From an uncultured bacterium (lineage in GTDB: Bacteria > Chlamydiota > Chlamydiia > Chlamydiales > SM23-39): a stretch of DNA of 64,000 nt. The notes under the pieces are model-generated. The model had not been told where the DNA came from. It worked only from the letters and a program-made list of their open reading frames with translations, and ran no database searches. Where the stretch lies: assembly GCA_963716985.1 (NCBI GenBank), contig OY970323.1:864001-928000 (forward strand), written 5' to 3'. Positions 1 through 10,153 of this stretch are shown one piece after another. Made by a program: the position numbers and the translations under genes. Each line of letters starts with the position of its first letter. Position 1 is the first letter of the stretch.

Positions 1-224
1 TCGCCTCAACATGTACATTCGTGTCAAAGGCTGTTTCGAAGGAACGCGATTCGCATTCAATTGGAGAAAGGGCGTCTCCAGTTCCGTAAGGAAGAAGAAT
101 TGTGAGAATCTGTGCAAAGAAAATATACATACATAAAAATGTTAAGCAAAGCGGAGAACCCTTTCAAGCAAAAACTTACATTGCCCATTTTCATAGAGGG
201 AAACGCCTTCTTTTGATATGATGT

Positions 225-1670
225 TTGGCCATGTATAGAGCGGCTTACAGTCAAGATGGCAACATTGTTTTTTACATGGACTCTGCAGGCAATAAATATG
301 CCGCAATCGGTGGCAGTTTAGCTTGGCGTTTGAACAACCCTGGCTTGGTTCATAGCGCTAGCAGATTTTTCTCTAGGCAAGGCTCTATAGGATATTTTGG
401 TCATTACGCAATTTTTGCTACTCCGGAAAGTGGACGCGAGGCGTTATCCAACTGGTTGCGTGCTAAAAAATATTTCAATGGATCGCTAAAAACCATCGCC
501 AAACATTACCAGCCGGGTAATATAGATGATTTTGTCAATCGATTATCTGACTTGACTGGTATTTCTGTCCGCACTCAGATCAAGGCGCTGAGCAAGCAAG
601 AATTTAATCAACTGGTTCTTGGTATCTCGAAGTTATGTGATTATGCTTTGAAAGGTGATGAAAAATTTTACCTTCTGCCAAAAGTTATCGGAAAGATTGA
701 AAACGGTAACTTGGAGAATACCTATCTGATTGGCGGCAATGTTGCTCTTTCTAAAAAAGAGGCTCTTGAGTGGACTCAGTCCAATCGATTGGATGCTGTG
801 ATTGTCCATCAACATGATGGTGCTGTTCATTTGCGTTCTAGACCTGATCATTGTATTCAGAATGTGCATCTGCCTACCGCACGATTTTTTGAAGAGAGCG
901 CAGCTCCTCTTCTGAGGGTCGTTGGCACTCAGAAAAAGGGGCAATGCATCTGGGCTTTCATCAATGGCATTTTCAATACCAAAGAAGATGTCTTGGAGGC
1001 TGCAACGCAGATTTCCTCTATGGCGAGTGGTGAGCGTGTATTGACCATGCAAAATGATACGAGATGGCTTCTCGATCTTGGTAATTGCGTTATTTTAAAA
1101 GCGTCTTTTGATATTCCCGTCATTAATCGTACTGTCAAATTTTTGCAGTATCTACTCGCTTTAGAGGAAGAAGAAAAATCTCCTATTGTCCTATTTGCTC
1201 ATAGTCAAGGGGGCATTATCCTTGAACACGCGCTTGAATTATTGCAACCGAATATTGCAGAACGGTTTCGCATTTTTACATTTGGAGGAGGATCATTCAT
1301 TGCAGTTGGAAAGAGTCACCCTGATTCACATAACTACGCTAGTGCCGCCGATTTTGTATGTCTTATGGGATCACCCAACCTGCAAACGTTTGCTCTCAAA
1401 CGCTATCATGCACGTAAAGTTGGTTTAACCGATGCTCAAATGATCCACGACTGGTCTTTTCGCGATGCAATTTTGGAGTTAGACTCAATTGAAGCCAAGG
1501 TGATAGAAAAATTCATCGAAGGAAGGATTAAACATTATCAAGATCTGCTTTCTCGGATTGCAAATTTAACAATCTTAGACCCTGATCCTGATAGTCGCTG
1601 GAAACATAAATTTATGAGCGATTGTTATCAATCAGCAGTGCAGAGAATCATTAACGTATACCGCAAATGA
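225..1670 (+). CDS. Multidomain protein: N-terminal NNPG lysozyme-like region, DUF3892-like middle, C-terminal alpha/beta-hydrolase (lipase-like)
   Basis: 481 aa ORF. Motifs WRLNNPG...YAIFATPESG, EAL..VIV..HLRSRPD, FINGIFNT and nucleophile elbow AHSQGG. Confidence 0.6.
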   Translation: MAMYRAAYSQDGNIVFYMDSAGNKYAAIGGSLAWRLNNPGLVHSASRFFSRQGSIGYFGHYAIFATPESGREALSNWLRAKKYFNGSLKTIAKHYQPGNIDDFVNRLSDLTGISVRTQIKALSKQEFNQLVLGISKLCDYALKGDEKFYLLPKVIGKIENGNLENTYLIGGNVALSKKEALEWTQSNRLDAVIVHQHDGAVHLRSRPDHCIQNVHLPTARFFEESAAPLLRVVGTQKKGQCIWAFINGIFNTKEDVLEAATQISSMASGERVLTMQNDTRWLLDLGNCVILKASFDIPVINRTVKFLQYLLALEEEEKSPIVLFAHSQGGIILEHALELLQPNIAERFRIFTFGGGSFIAVGKSHPDSHNYASAADFVCLMGSPNLQTFALKRYHARKVGLTDAQMIHDWSFRDAILELDSIEAKVIEKFIEGRIKHYQDLLSRIANLTILDPDPDSRWKHKFMSDCYQSAVQRIINVYRK

Positions 1671-1671
1671 A

Positions 1672-2031
1672 ATGGCAAATTATCCTGTAGAGTCAGAACA
1701 AAGATCATCTAAAAAGCGCAAGCTGATTTTTTTCACTATTGTTTATGTTCTTCTCTTTCCGTTTTTATTTTACATGGCGCTGCTTTCTGCAATGGTGTCT
1801 GACAATCCCCATATAACTCCTTTTTTCGTTGGAGTGATTATGTTAATTGTGTTCTGCATTCCTATATCTATTCCTATCAGCATTTATTTCATGTGGTCGC
1901 GTTATTTCCGCGAGCAATATGGCAAAGCTCGCTTGTTTTCTTGGATTCCTTGCTATGTGATTGGAGGTGTTTTTGTTCTTCTTGGCGCTGCACCATACCT
2001 CTATCACGCCATACGTCGCATGTTCGCTTGA
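1672..2031 (+). CDS. Small membrane protein (about 3 TM helices), possible immunity protein
   Basis: 119 aa with three long hydrophobic stretches; separated from the upstream stop by 1 nt. Confidence 0.6.
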   Translation: MANYPVESEQRSSKKRKLIFFTIVYVLLFPFLFYMALLSAMVSDNPHITPFFVGVIMLIVFCIPISIPISIYFMWSRYFREQYGKARLFSWIPCYVIGGVFVLLGAAPYLYHAIRRMFA

Positions 2032-2041
2032 GGCAAATTAT

Positions 2042-4870
2042 TTAAGAAGGAATACCTTTTGTCGCCTCATGCTTTTGCAAACGGCTTAAGGCACGAAGAA
2101 TCGAATCTAAGACATCATCGAGGTGTTTGCCGACATCTTCGGTGAGGAATCGCAAAACCGTATAGCCATTTTCCTGTAATAAGGCATCTTTGCGCCGATC
2201 TCGTCGATAGGCCTCAGCGTTGCCAAGATGCTGAGAGCCGTCAAGTTCAATGGCAAGATGGGCTTCTACACAGAGCAAATCCACCTCCATTCGGCCCCAC
2301 CCATCGAAAGGGATATCAAGTTCTGCATTCAGTCGAAATTGTCCAGATGTCTGAGCAATTGTCTCAAGGCGGCGGAATAAAAAACGTTCCGTCGCACTGC
2401 GCGCGCGATCAGCTCCTTCTGCTTCAGGCGGAAAAATGGAAGCGACCTGAACGAAGAGATGTGCGAGTGGCATGTCTACGCCATCGCGAATAAGCCTTTT
2501 GACGCTGCCAGCATAGTCAGCCTTCCAGGCGGGATCGACAGGAAGAGGAACTTCGGCGGGCCATCCGGGAATAGCGCTAGCGGGAAGAAGGATCTTATAG
2601 CCCACTGCTTCATACCCCTGGCATCTCCGATTGAACATCCTTTCTAGCATGGGGATGCCAAGATCTGCATAGTCATAGACCTGTGCTTCTTGTTTTTGTG
2701 CATAGAGACGGTGGAGCCTGCCAACATACTGCGCGATGGTTCCTTTCCATGAAATGGGCATGGTAAGGAATAGAGTGTCTAGACGCGCATCGTCAAATCC
2801 CTCACCGACAAATTTGCCCGTTGCAAGAAGAACTCTGGGCTCGTTTGCTGGGATAGCTGCTAAACGGTCGGTCGCTTGAGCGATCTCTTTTGAGTTCATT
2901 TTTCCCCGAAGTACGATCAGATGATGGATATGAGGGGAGAGTCTTTCAAACAAGCAATCAAGATGATCATTTCGTTCCGTGAGTATGATGGGGGATCTGC
3001 CTCTTTGAACGGCGCTCATTACATCGCCGCAAATCAATTGATTGCGCTCCTCATCTCGGATGATTTCTTCATATAAATCATGGAATCGGAGACGTGGTTC
3101 GTCACTGGCAGGCTTGATAGGACAAAAGGAAGTGGGCCGGACAAAGACAGTATGTTCGAAAGGGTGTAAGATGGCAGCAGTTTTGGCGTCCACTCGATAT
3201 CTTATTGGACCGCATCGCATGAGGATGATTGGATGATGCCCATCCTTTCGAGTTACGGTGGCGGTCAAACCTGTAATGAATTTGGCTTTTGAGTGACGAG
3301 CGACTTGCTCGAAACTGAATGCCGGCAAATGGTGGCATTCATCAACGATCAGATGGCCATATTGAGAGACTATATCATCGACAATATTTTTACGCACAAG
3401 ACTTTGAATCACTGCCACATCGATAATACCTGTAGGTTTCTTTCGTCCGCCGCCGATGCGGCCAATGGCATTTTTGGGCAATTCAAGAAACGTAGACAGC
3501 CGCTCGATCCACTGCTCTTGTAATTGCTTTCGGTGTACAAGAATCAAGGTATTTACTTTTCGCTTTGCAATGAGCCATGCTCCGATAACAGTTTTCCCAA
3601 AGGCTGTAGTCGCTGACAACACGCCGAAGTTTGTTTTCAGCATTGTTGCTGCAGCTGTTTTTTGTTCCCCTCGGAGCTCCCCTAGAAATTTTGTATCTAG
3701 AGGCATTCCTGATTGCAGCGCATCCCGAACTATCAATTTGATCTTCAAGTCTGAAAACAAATGATAGACATCCTCGAGGCACCCCCTCGGCAACCCTATG
3801 TGATCCTGATAATCTGCAACGCAGGAAATCATTCTGGGTTTTTCGTGCGTTGGAAGTCTCATAGCCTGGGCCCTATAAAACTCAGGATTGGGAAATGCCG
3901 CCAAGCGGATTAATTGGTTTCTTAAACCTGGAGACAGTCCATTTTTCGGGACGTAAATTTCATTTCCAACAATGATATCCAAGCTTTCTGGCAAATCCAT
4001 AGAAGGAAGAATGATTTTGCTGGGAGTGAATTGTCGATTCCAGGGGGTGGCATCATCTTCTTCGATCACTCTGAGATGCATTCCAACAATTCGCCCTCTT
4101 CCTTCGGCACGATGGACGATTGTCTCAGCCTCTTGACGAGTGATTTTGCTTAAAGATGAAAGAAATACCCATTGGTCCTCATAAGCAATCAAATCTTCAT
4201 TCACAAATATGCTATTGCCGAGGTCTCGAGCTTTTTTTTGCAGGGGCAGAGCAATTAGATTCCCAAATCCTCCTTGTGGCAACGTATCTTGGTTGGGAAA
4301 GAATCTGTCATAGGAATCAAGTCCGACATCCGGTCGATGTTCCATCGTTTCAGTCAGAATATGACATCCCAACTTTCGCGCGAGTATGGCTGGAATTGCT
4401 TCAGAAAAGAATAACCAAGCATGGGCTCCCTTTCCCGAGCGGGAACGCTCTATGCTAGCCGGCAAGTTTAGTCCCTGGCAAGTCTTCAAAAAGGCTCGCG
4501 CATCCTCTTGCCAACCAGACTTATCAAAATCTGCTGCTAGAAAAAAGCAGGTTTCGTTGAGCAGCATCGGATAAACGCCCATGACAAAATCTTTTCCACA
4601 ATCATCGTGTCCGGAAAGATGCCATCGTATTACATCGTCAATCACTGGTAGGAGTTTACGGTGTCTGCATTCAGAGCATTTGATTTTCGACTTTTCGCAG
4701 ATTCCTCGAACCCACTCATTGCCGCATGCGGGCGAGTAGCCCGATTTTCCCGTCTTTTTACTTTCGAATCGACGAGGATAGAGGTCTTCACGACCTCTGA
4801 AGAGAGAGCGAAATAGAGCTATTTTGGCGCAGGAGGGTGATTTTTGGGTGACTTGAAGTTTCTCTTCCAC
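2042..4870 (-). CDS. TOTE-type AEP primase-like domain + SF2 (ResIII-like) helicase + DUF559 endonuclease fusion
   Basis: LFRSLFRGREDLY, DFD, ERSRSGKGAHAW, GNLIALPLQ; helicase motifs TAFGKT, DECHH, LTAT, GEGFD, QYVGR; C-terminal IELDGSQH..DRRKDALLQENGYTVLRF. Confidence 0.85.
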   Translation of the reverse strand: MEEKLQVTQKSPSCAKIALFRSLFRGREDLYPRRFESKKTGKSGYSPACGNEWVRGICEKSKIKCSECRHRKLLPVIDDVIRWHLSGHDDCGKDFVMGVYPMLLNETCFFLAADFDKSGWQEDARAFLKTCQGLNLPASIERSRSGKGAHAWLFFSEAIPAILARKLGCHILTETMEHRPDVGLDSYDRFFPNQDTLPQGGFGNLIALPLQKKARDLGNSIFVNEDLIAYEDQWVFLSSLSKITRQEAETIVHRAEGRGRIVGMHLRVIEEDDATPWNRQFTPSKIILPSMDLPESLDIIVGNEIYVPKNGLSPGLRNQLIRLAAFPNPEFYRAQAMRLPTHEKPRMISCVADYQDHIGLPRGCLEDVYHLFSDLKIKLIVRDALQSGMPLDTKFLGELRGEQKTAAATMLKTNFGVLSATTAFGKTVIGAWLIAKRKVNTLILVHRKQLQEQWIERLSTFLELPKNAIGRIGGGRKKPTGIIDVAVIQSLVRKNIVDDIVSQYGHLIVDECHHLPAFSFEQVARHSKAKFITGLTATVTRKDGHHPIILMRCGPIRYRVDAKTAAILHPFEHTVFVRPTSFCPIKPASDEPRLRFHDLYEEIIRDEERNQLICGDVMSAVQRGRSPIILTERNDHLDCLFERLSPHIHHLIVLRGKMNSKEIAQATDRLAAIPANEPRVLLATGKFVGEGFDDARLDTLFLTMPISWKGTIAQYVGRLHRLYAQKQEAQVYDYADLGIPMLERMFNRRCQGYEAVGYKILLPASAIPGWPAEVPLPVDPAWKADYAGSVKRLIRDGVDMPLAHLFVQVASIFPPEAEGADRARSATERFLFRRLETIAQTSGQFRLNAELDIPFDGWGRMEVDLLCVEAHLAIELDGSQHLGNAEAYRRDRRKDALLQENGYTVLRFLTEDVGKHLDDVLDSILRALSRLQKHEATKGIPS

Positions 4871-4916
4871 ATCGAGGCCTGTAAATGCAAAGAAAGTATA
4901 GGTAGGGCTGCTTGTC

Positions 4917-5055
4917 TTTACAAGTCATTAAATATGATAATATTGCATATTCTTGAGACAGAGGTTCCTCGTTTACCGATCTTGAGAGGTCGCAATTAAC
5001 CTAGAAAAATCGAACTTCTAAGTTTTTCTAGGTTGGTGTGCATTTACAAGTCATT
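4917..5055. promoter_or_regulatory. Divergent intergenic region with a 13-bp direct repeat and a 12-bp inverted repeat
   Basis: TTTACAAGTCATT at 4917-4929 and 5043-5055 flank AACCTAGAAAAA (4998-5009) / TTTTTCTAGGTT (5023-5034). Confidence 0.45.
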
Positions 5056-5218
5056 GAAAGTGATAGTCTTGTGTATAGAAATGCGTTTTAGCCGCCACTT
5101 TTTGCATTTTAGGAAAAGAAGTTAGCGAGACTTTTTCTCTTTAACCGTTGCTTTTTGGCTAGAGATAGGGTAAAATGAAGGTATATTGAGAGAAAATATC
5201 TCATAAAGGAGTCTCCTC

Positions 5219-6541
5219 ATGCTGATTCGATTTTCAATTGAAAATTGGATGTCTTTCCAAACCAAAGCAACTTTCTCATTGATAGCCAGCCGCGAGCGTC
5301 AACACGGGGAGCGTGTTCCTAAAATAGGCAAACTTAAGCTAGGAATTCTGCCTATTGCGGCTGTGTACGGAGGAAATGCATCTGGAAAAACCAATCTTTT
5401 TAAGGCTTTGCATTTTGCAAAAGGACTGATCGTTAAAGGGACTCAACCCTACAGCCTAATTGCTGTAGATAGCTTTAGGCTTGGAAATGCACAAAAGGTC
5501 GAACAACCAGCCCAATTTGAATTTGAATTGCTAATCGACGAGACAGTTTATGCATTTAGTTTTTCTGTTAACCGCAAAGCCATAATAGAGGAAAAGTTAG
5601 TTCATATTTCTGGTAATAGCGAAAAGACTCTTTATCATCGAGTATCAGGGGAACCTAATTTTGATTCTTCTTTAAAGGGCAACCAATCACTCCAGTTTGC
5701 TTTCAAGGGTACTCGCGATAATCAGCTTTTCTTAACTAATTCAGTTTCTCAAAAAATAGATGCTTTCAAGCCAGTATATGACTGGTTTAAAGATACCTTG
5801 GAACTCATCGCTCCGGATTCGAGATTTGAACTTTTTGAGCAATTTTTGGATGAAGGACATCCCTTGTACGCGACGATGAATAAGATGTTGTCCCAATTAG
5901 ACACCGGGATATCTCATCTTGGTGGTGAAGAAATTCCCTTTGAAAATTTACCGCTGCCCGAACCGATAAAGATGAAGTTAAGAGAAGAATTAGCGGAGGA
6001 TACGACTGTCAGATTATTACCTGAACCTGGGAATGAGCGTTTTGTTGTTACTCGAAAAAATGGCGAGCTAATCTCAAAAAAACTGGTCACCTATCATTTA
6101 AGTTCTGATGGTTCAGAAACAAAGTTCGATATGAGGCAAGAATCAGATGGTTCTCAACGTGTTATCGACCTTCTCCCTGCTTTTTTAGAGCTGTCTGCGG
6201 CTCAATCCCAAAAAGTCTATGTAATCGATGAAGTTGACAGGAGCTTACATACGCTGTTGATCAGGCGTCTTTTGGAAGACTATCTTTCAAAATGTTCTCA
6301 TAATAGTCGCTCTCAGTTACTATTTACTACTCACAACGTATTATTGATGGATCAGGATCTGCTCAGACGAGATGAAATGTGGATTTCAGAAAGAAACGTA
6401 GAAGGAATTTCCAGCTTACTGTCTTTCAGCGAGTACAAAGATGTGCGATATGACAAAGACATTCGAAAAAGCTATCTGCAAGGACGCCTAGGGGGTATTC
6501 CCCGCATTCTTCTACAATCTCCAATTGTTGGAAACGACTAA
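5219..6541 (+). CDS. rloA: RloA/AbiLi-like ABC-type AAA ATPase
   Basis: Walker A GGNASGKT, signature ESDG, Walker B VIDEVD, TTH, C-terminal [10 protein letters not shown]. Confidence 0.85.
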   Translation: MLIRFSIENWMSFQTKATFSLIASRERQHGERVPKIGKLKLGILPIAAVYGGNASGKTNLFKALHFAKGLIVKGTQPYSLIAVDSFRLGNAQKVEQPAQFEFELLIDETVYAFSFSVNRKAIIEEKLVHISGNSEKTLYHRVSGEPNFDSSLKGNQSLQFAFKGTRDNQLFLTNSVSQKIDAFKPVYDWFKDTLELIAPDSRFELFEQFLDEGHPLYATMNKMLSQLDTGISHLGGEEIPFENLPLPEPIKMKLREELAEDTTVRLLPEPGNERFVVTRKNGELISKKLVTYHLSSDGSETKFDMRQESDGSQRVIDLLPAFLELSAAQSQKVYVIDEVDRSLHTLLIRRLLEDYLSKCSHNSRSQLLFTTHNVLLMDQDLLRRDEMWISERNVEGISSLLSFSEYKDVRYDKDIRKSYLQGRLGGIPRILLQSPIVGND

Positions 6542-7140
6542 TGCCAAAAAAGCCGCGCACTTTTCAAAGACCTTTAGGGAAGCGCCGATATAAAAAGCTG
6601 TTTATTGTCTCGGTGGAGGGTTCGAAAACGGAACCTCAATATTTTGCCATTTTTAATCAGCCACAGGCGATCGTTCTAGTAAAATGCCTAAAGAGACCAT
6701 CAACAGAAAGCTCGCCGATTCAGGTACTCAAGAAGATGGAGAGCTATTTGCGAAAAGAGTCCTTAAGGAAGACGGATGAGGCGTGGATTGTTGTGGATAA
6801 GGATGATTGGACGGAGGATCAGCTTTGTGGGCTTTTGCAATGGGCAAAGAAAAGCGAGAACTACGGTTTTGCTCTCAGCAACCCCAACTTTGAATATTGG
6901 CTTTTGCTCCATTTTGAAGAGGGAAAAGGGATTACAAACTCTCAAGAATGCCTGGCTCGCCTAAAACGGCACTTGCCCAATTACAAAAAAGATATCGATG
7001 GCAAAAAAATTACGTTGGAACTCATTGCCAAAGCAATTTCTAGAGCAAAACAGCGAGATGCCAATCGATCCAATGATTTGCCGCAAATATGGAGCACAAC
7101 CGTCTACAAGCTGGTTGAAAAAATCATAGATCATCAGTGA
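6541..7140 (+). CDS. rloB: RloB family (AbiLii-like, TOPRIM-like) protein
   Basis: VEGSKTEPQYF, VVDKDD, SNPNFEYWLLLHF; 1-nt overlap with rloA. Confidence 0.85.
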   Translation: MPKKPRTFQRPLGKRRYKKLFIVSVEGSKTEPQYFAIFNQPQAIVLVKCLKRPSTESSPIQVLKKMESYLRKESLRKTDEAWIVVDKDDWTEDQLCGLLQWAKKSENYGFALSNPNFEYWLLLHFEEGKGITNSQECLARLKRHLPNYKKDIDGKKITLELIAKAISRAKQRDANRSNDLPQIWSTTVYKLVEKIIDHQ

Positions 7141-7152
7141 GAAGGGGAGTCT

Positions 7153-7485
7153 ATGAAAACTAAAGTTAAGGGGGTTGGAACAGGCTTTCGTACAGGAACG
7201 ATTGCTTACTACGGTCCCGATGATAAGACTGTTACAAAAGTTATTGTTGGCATTACCGTGGGTGCCGGAAAAAACTTCATCGATACGAAAAAGTGGTCTT
7301 CTGAAGAGAAGGACATAAAAAACGATAAACAGATTTTAGAGGAGATTTCTGCTTATCTAAACCTTAGCAAAGTCGATTCAGTTGCCAGGTTAAAAAGGGT
7401 CATCGGCTGCCCTCATGAAGCAGGGGTTGACTGTCCGGAAGGCATGACATGTCCAGCATGTCCATTTTGGGTAAACGAGAATTGA
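7153..7485 (+). CDS. Hypothetical protein with Cys-rich C-terminus
   Basis: 110 aa; AYYGPDD and GCPHEAGVDCPEGMTCPACPFW; RBS upstream, in operon. Confidence 0.7.
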   Translation: MKTKVKGVGTGFRTGTIAYYGPDDKTVTKVIVGITVGAGKNFIDTKKWSSEEKDIKNDKQILEEISAYLNLSKVDSVARLKRVIGCPHEAGVDCPEGMTCPACPFWVNEN

Positions 7486-7882
7486 CGAGGGGGCATGAAT
7501 CTAAAAAATTTCAAAAAGTATCTCGAAGAGAAAGACGATGAATTTTTGAGAGATGAAATTCTGACCCTTTATAAGACGTTTGAGGTTGTCAGAGAATACT
7601 ATGATTTTAGAATTGAGCCTCAGAGTATCGATGAGATAATTCAAAAATATAAAGCAATATTAGAAGAGCAATTCTGTCCTGCAAGAGGGTTTCCAGAACT
7701 CAAATACTCTATTGCGAGAAAAGCAATCAGCGATTTTAAGAAAGTATGCCGTGACCCCGTTGCTATCATTGATCTTCAACTAACCTATGTCGAATATGGT
7801 GTAAAATGCACTTTGCAATATGGAGATATTGACGAAAGATTTTATTCCAGCATGGAAAGCATGTTTCGTACCAGTCTAGAAG

Positions 7883-9267
7883 CTGATCCTTATACACAAG
7901 TCAACATCCACAACCTAAAAGCGCTCCCATTAACATGTCTTGCAATCGTTTATAACCCTTCCAAATTGTTTGCCACCCAGGCTCCCCATCTGATTTGCGC
8001 CCTATAAAACCCCCCATACGAGCCAGAGAACGCCAGAAATCTTTCACCGTTTTCAATTTCACCATCAGATGCCTTTCTATGAGCGTAATCCAAGGCTTGG
8101 GCACTTTTTCCTCGACCGGTGTTTCCGGAGACAACCGACATCGTTCTCTCATCGATAAAAGTTGCGTCGCTATCACCCCAATCATTCCAAATAGTGCAAG
8201 AATTCGGCTCGCCTGTTTAAGCTGATTATCTTCGATTCGAAAGCCCGTTTTGACCGCCTTATGATAATCCTCTATAAGCCAGCGTCGGCGGTAGATTCTG
8301 ACGATTCTTAGGGAGTCTTCTTGATTGTTGACAGGAAGATTCGTAACCAATAGCCATTCTAACCTGGGCCTATCGGGACACCACACTCGAATATACGTCA
8401 CTTCTTCACCTGCTGAACCCCCATTTCCTGGAGGAAACAATTTCGCTTTGACCCAAGTTATTTCCAGTGTCACTTCACCACCAAATTCTTCGCCTTTTGC
8501 TTTCACATACAGCGTGGATGTACACTTGGCTGTCTGTTGACGAATCCATGAAAAAAGACGTGTCTTCTCGCCATCAATCTCGACTTTGCGATCATGTCGC
8601 GCCCGCACTACACATTTCCACCCCAGCCTATTTGCATTATTCAAAAAATCATAAATATCATTGGCGCGATCGCCAACGCTCACCCAGTTCTCCTGGGGAC
8701 GTCCCATTTTCTCTAACGTCCTCAGCCACACCTCAGATTCTTTCGAATCACTCGCCGATTTTTCTTCGGGACGCACCCAAGCCTCCTGGTAACCAAGTCC
8801 CAAAATTTCGGTTTCTTCAGATTCATGATATTTGGCGACCAGGCATGAGTGAAACATGAGTCCATTTCCGTTACTGTCCGCGGTTGGTCCAAGTCCATGT
8901 GTCCATGGATGGGAATTGAACAAAAGCTCTGAACCATCTTGAATAAATAGAACAAGCTGTTCCGACCAGCGCGCCTTTTCTAAGACTTGATCGTAATGGG
9001 GTTGTTGAAGCGCCTGATGTGTAATTTTAGGATTATTAAAAAAGCGGTAAGTTCCCTGGAGATCTGCCCATTTATCAAAGCGTCCTGCCAGGGACTCTTC
9101 AGGATGTTCTGCGCAACCTATAGCAACGTCAACGGCCCTCTTTTGCAGGCGGGCATCTCCTACATCGATAGTAGAAAATTGTTCATAAATCCATTGTTCT
9201 TTCATGATACCGCTCCTTTTAAAAAAGGAACAGTATACTAAATTTTAGACTTGTGTGTAAGGATCAG
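7883..9267 (-). mobile_element. IS4-family (IS50/Tn5-like) insertion sequence, 1385 bp
   Basis: TIRs CTGATCCTTATACACAAGTC (7883-7902) and GACTTGTGTGTAAGGATCAG (9248-9267), 19/20 match; 9-bp TSD GTCTAGAAG at 7874-7882 and 9268-9276. Confidence 0.95.
7901..9205 (-). CDS. IS4-family DDE transposase (Tn5-like)
   Basis: GDARLQKR, YRFFNN, IQDGS, VGDR, YRRRWLIEDYHKAVK (YREK-like), LARMGGF..RKSDGEPGWQTIWKG. Confidence 0.95.
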   Translation of the reverse strand: MKEQWIYEQFSTIDVGDARLQKRAVDVAIGCAEHPEESLAGRFDKWADLQGTYRFFNNPKITHQALQQPHYDQVLEKARWSEQLVLFIQDGSELLFNSHPWTHGLGPTADSNGNGLMFHSCLVAKYHESEETEILGLGYQEAWVRPEEKSASDSKESEVWLRTLEKMGRPQENWVSVGDRANDIYDFLNNANRLGWKCVVRARHDRKVEIDGEKTRLFSWIRQQTAKCTSTLYVKAKGEEFGGEVTLEITWVKAKLFPPGNGGSAGEEVTYIRVWCPDRPRLEWLLVTNLPVNNQEDSLRIVRIYRRRWLIEDYHKAVKTGFRIEDNQLKQASRILALFGMIGVIATQLLSMRERCRLSPETPVEEKVPKPWITLIERHLMVKLKTVKDFWRSLARMGGFIGRKSDGEPGWQTIWKGYKRLQDMLMGALLGCGC

Positions 9268-9409
9268 GTCTAGAAGACATGGAGGAACATGGCTTGCTTG
9301 ATATGTTTGAAGCAAGATGCGAAGAAATTCAGAAAAAGACATCTGATATGGGATGGGGTTTTGGGATTGCAGTTACCGATTTATATGACGAGTATTTCTC
9401 TGTAGCAAA

Positions 9410-9943
9410 ATGAATAAGTGGTTTATATCCGACACGCATTTCTCTCACACCAATATCATCCCCTATACAGGGCGACCCTTCCCGTCTGTCCATGAGATGG
9501 ACGCACAGCTTATTGCAAACTGGAATGCCCATATTGATCTTAGCGATACAGTGTTCTTTTTGGGCGATTTCGGTCTCAGTGGGACTGATTTTCTCACGGA
9601 TCTTTGCTCTCGACTTCATGGGAATAAGATTTGCATTCGAGGAAATCACGATGGCACTCTCGCCAAAATGCATAAAATCGGCTTCTTGCTTGTGCTAGAA
9701 TCTGCCTTCATCAAAGTGGGTCGGCACCAAGTCGAGCTTGTTCACATTCCTAGTCATCCGGCACCTTCTCATTTTCAACTCCATGGCCATGTGCACGAGA
9801 AGCGGCCAAATAAGCTGGTTGGTCGGCAACTCAATCTTTCCGTTGAGGTCTGGGATTACAAGCCTGTTCCCGAAAAGACCATCATTGCTCTGCTTGATCG
9901 CGCAGATCCGATTCTTGAACCTCATTCTCTTACTGCTTTTTGA
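9410..9943 (+). CDS. Calcineurin-like metallophosphoesterase
   Basis: SDTHFSH, LGDF, GNHD, HGHVH; ATGA overlap with the DUF6155-like stop. Confidence 0.9.
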   Translation: MNKWFISDTHFSHTNIIPYTGRPFPSVHEMDAQLIANWNAHIDLSDTVFFLGDFGLSGTDFLTDLCSRLHGNKICIRGNHDGTLAKMHKIGFLLVLESAFIKVGRHQVELVHIPSHPAPSHFQLHGHVHEKRPNKLVGRQLNLSVEVWDYKPVPEKTIIALLDRADPILEPHSLTAF

Positions 9944-9999
9944 CTGTTCAATATTTTTACCTGTTCAATATATATTGAACAGTTGAATTAAGTGAACAG
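9944..9999. repeat. 22-bp perfect palindrome with extra half-sites
   Basis: CTGTTCAATATATATTGAACAG at 9961-9982; CTGTTCAATAT at 9944-9954; TGAACAG at 9993-9999. Confidence 0.7.
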
Positions 10000-10153
10000 C
10001 CGGCAGCTAAGATCTTTGAGAGTCAAAGGTGTCGTTTCTTTCTGCCGGTTAAGAAAGTGGATTTTTGAGGTCGTTTTGGAATAGCCAGTCAAGAAGGATG
10101 CATCATTCGATCGATTTTCTCTGCAACTTCGGACACAACTATATTGATAGCAG

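Larger units (their letters stand above)
7495..9413 (+). pseudogene. DUF6155-like gene interrupted by an IS4 element
   Basis: Removing the IS and one TSD joins 7495-7882 to 9277-9413 in frame (174 aa, ...FRTSLEDMEEHGLL...GWGFGIAVTDLYDEYFSVAK*). Confidence 0.8.

Noticed and set aside
1..105. 3' end of an upstream CDS (frame 1 is open to TGA at 103-105)
   Set aside because: Too short to support or assign.
7495..8007. Intact 170 aa protein
   Set aside because: Its C-terminus is read-through into the IS4 element; the real tail is at 9277-9413.
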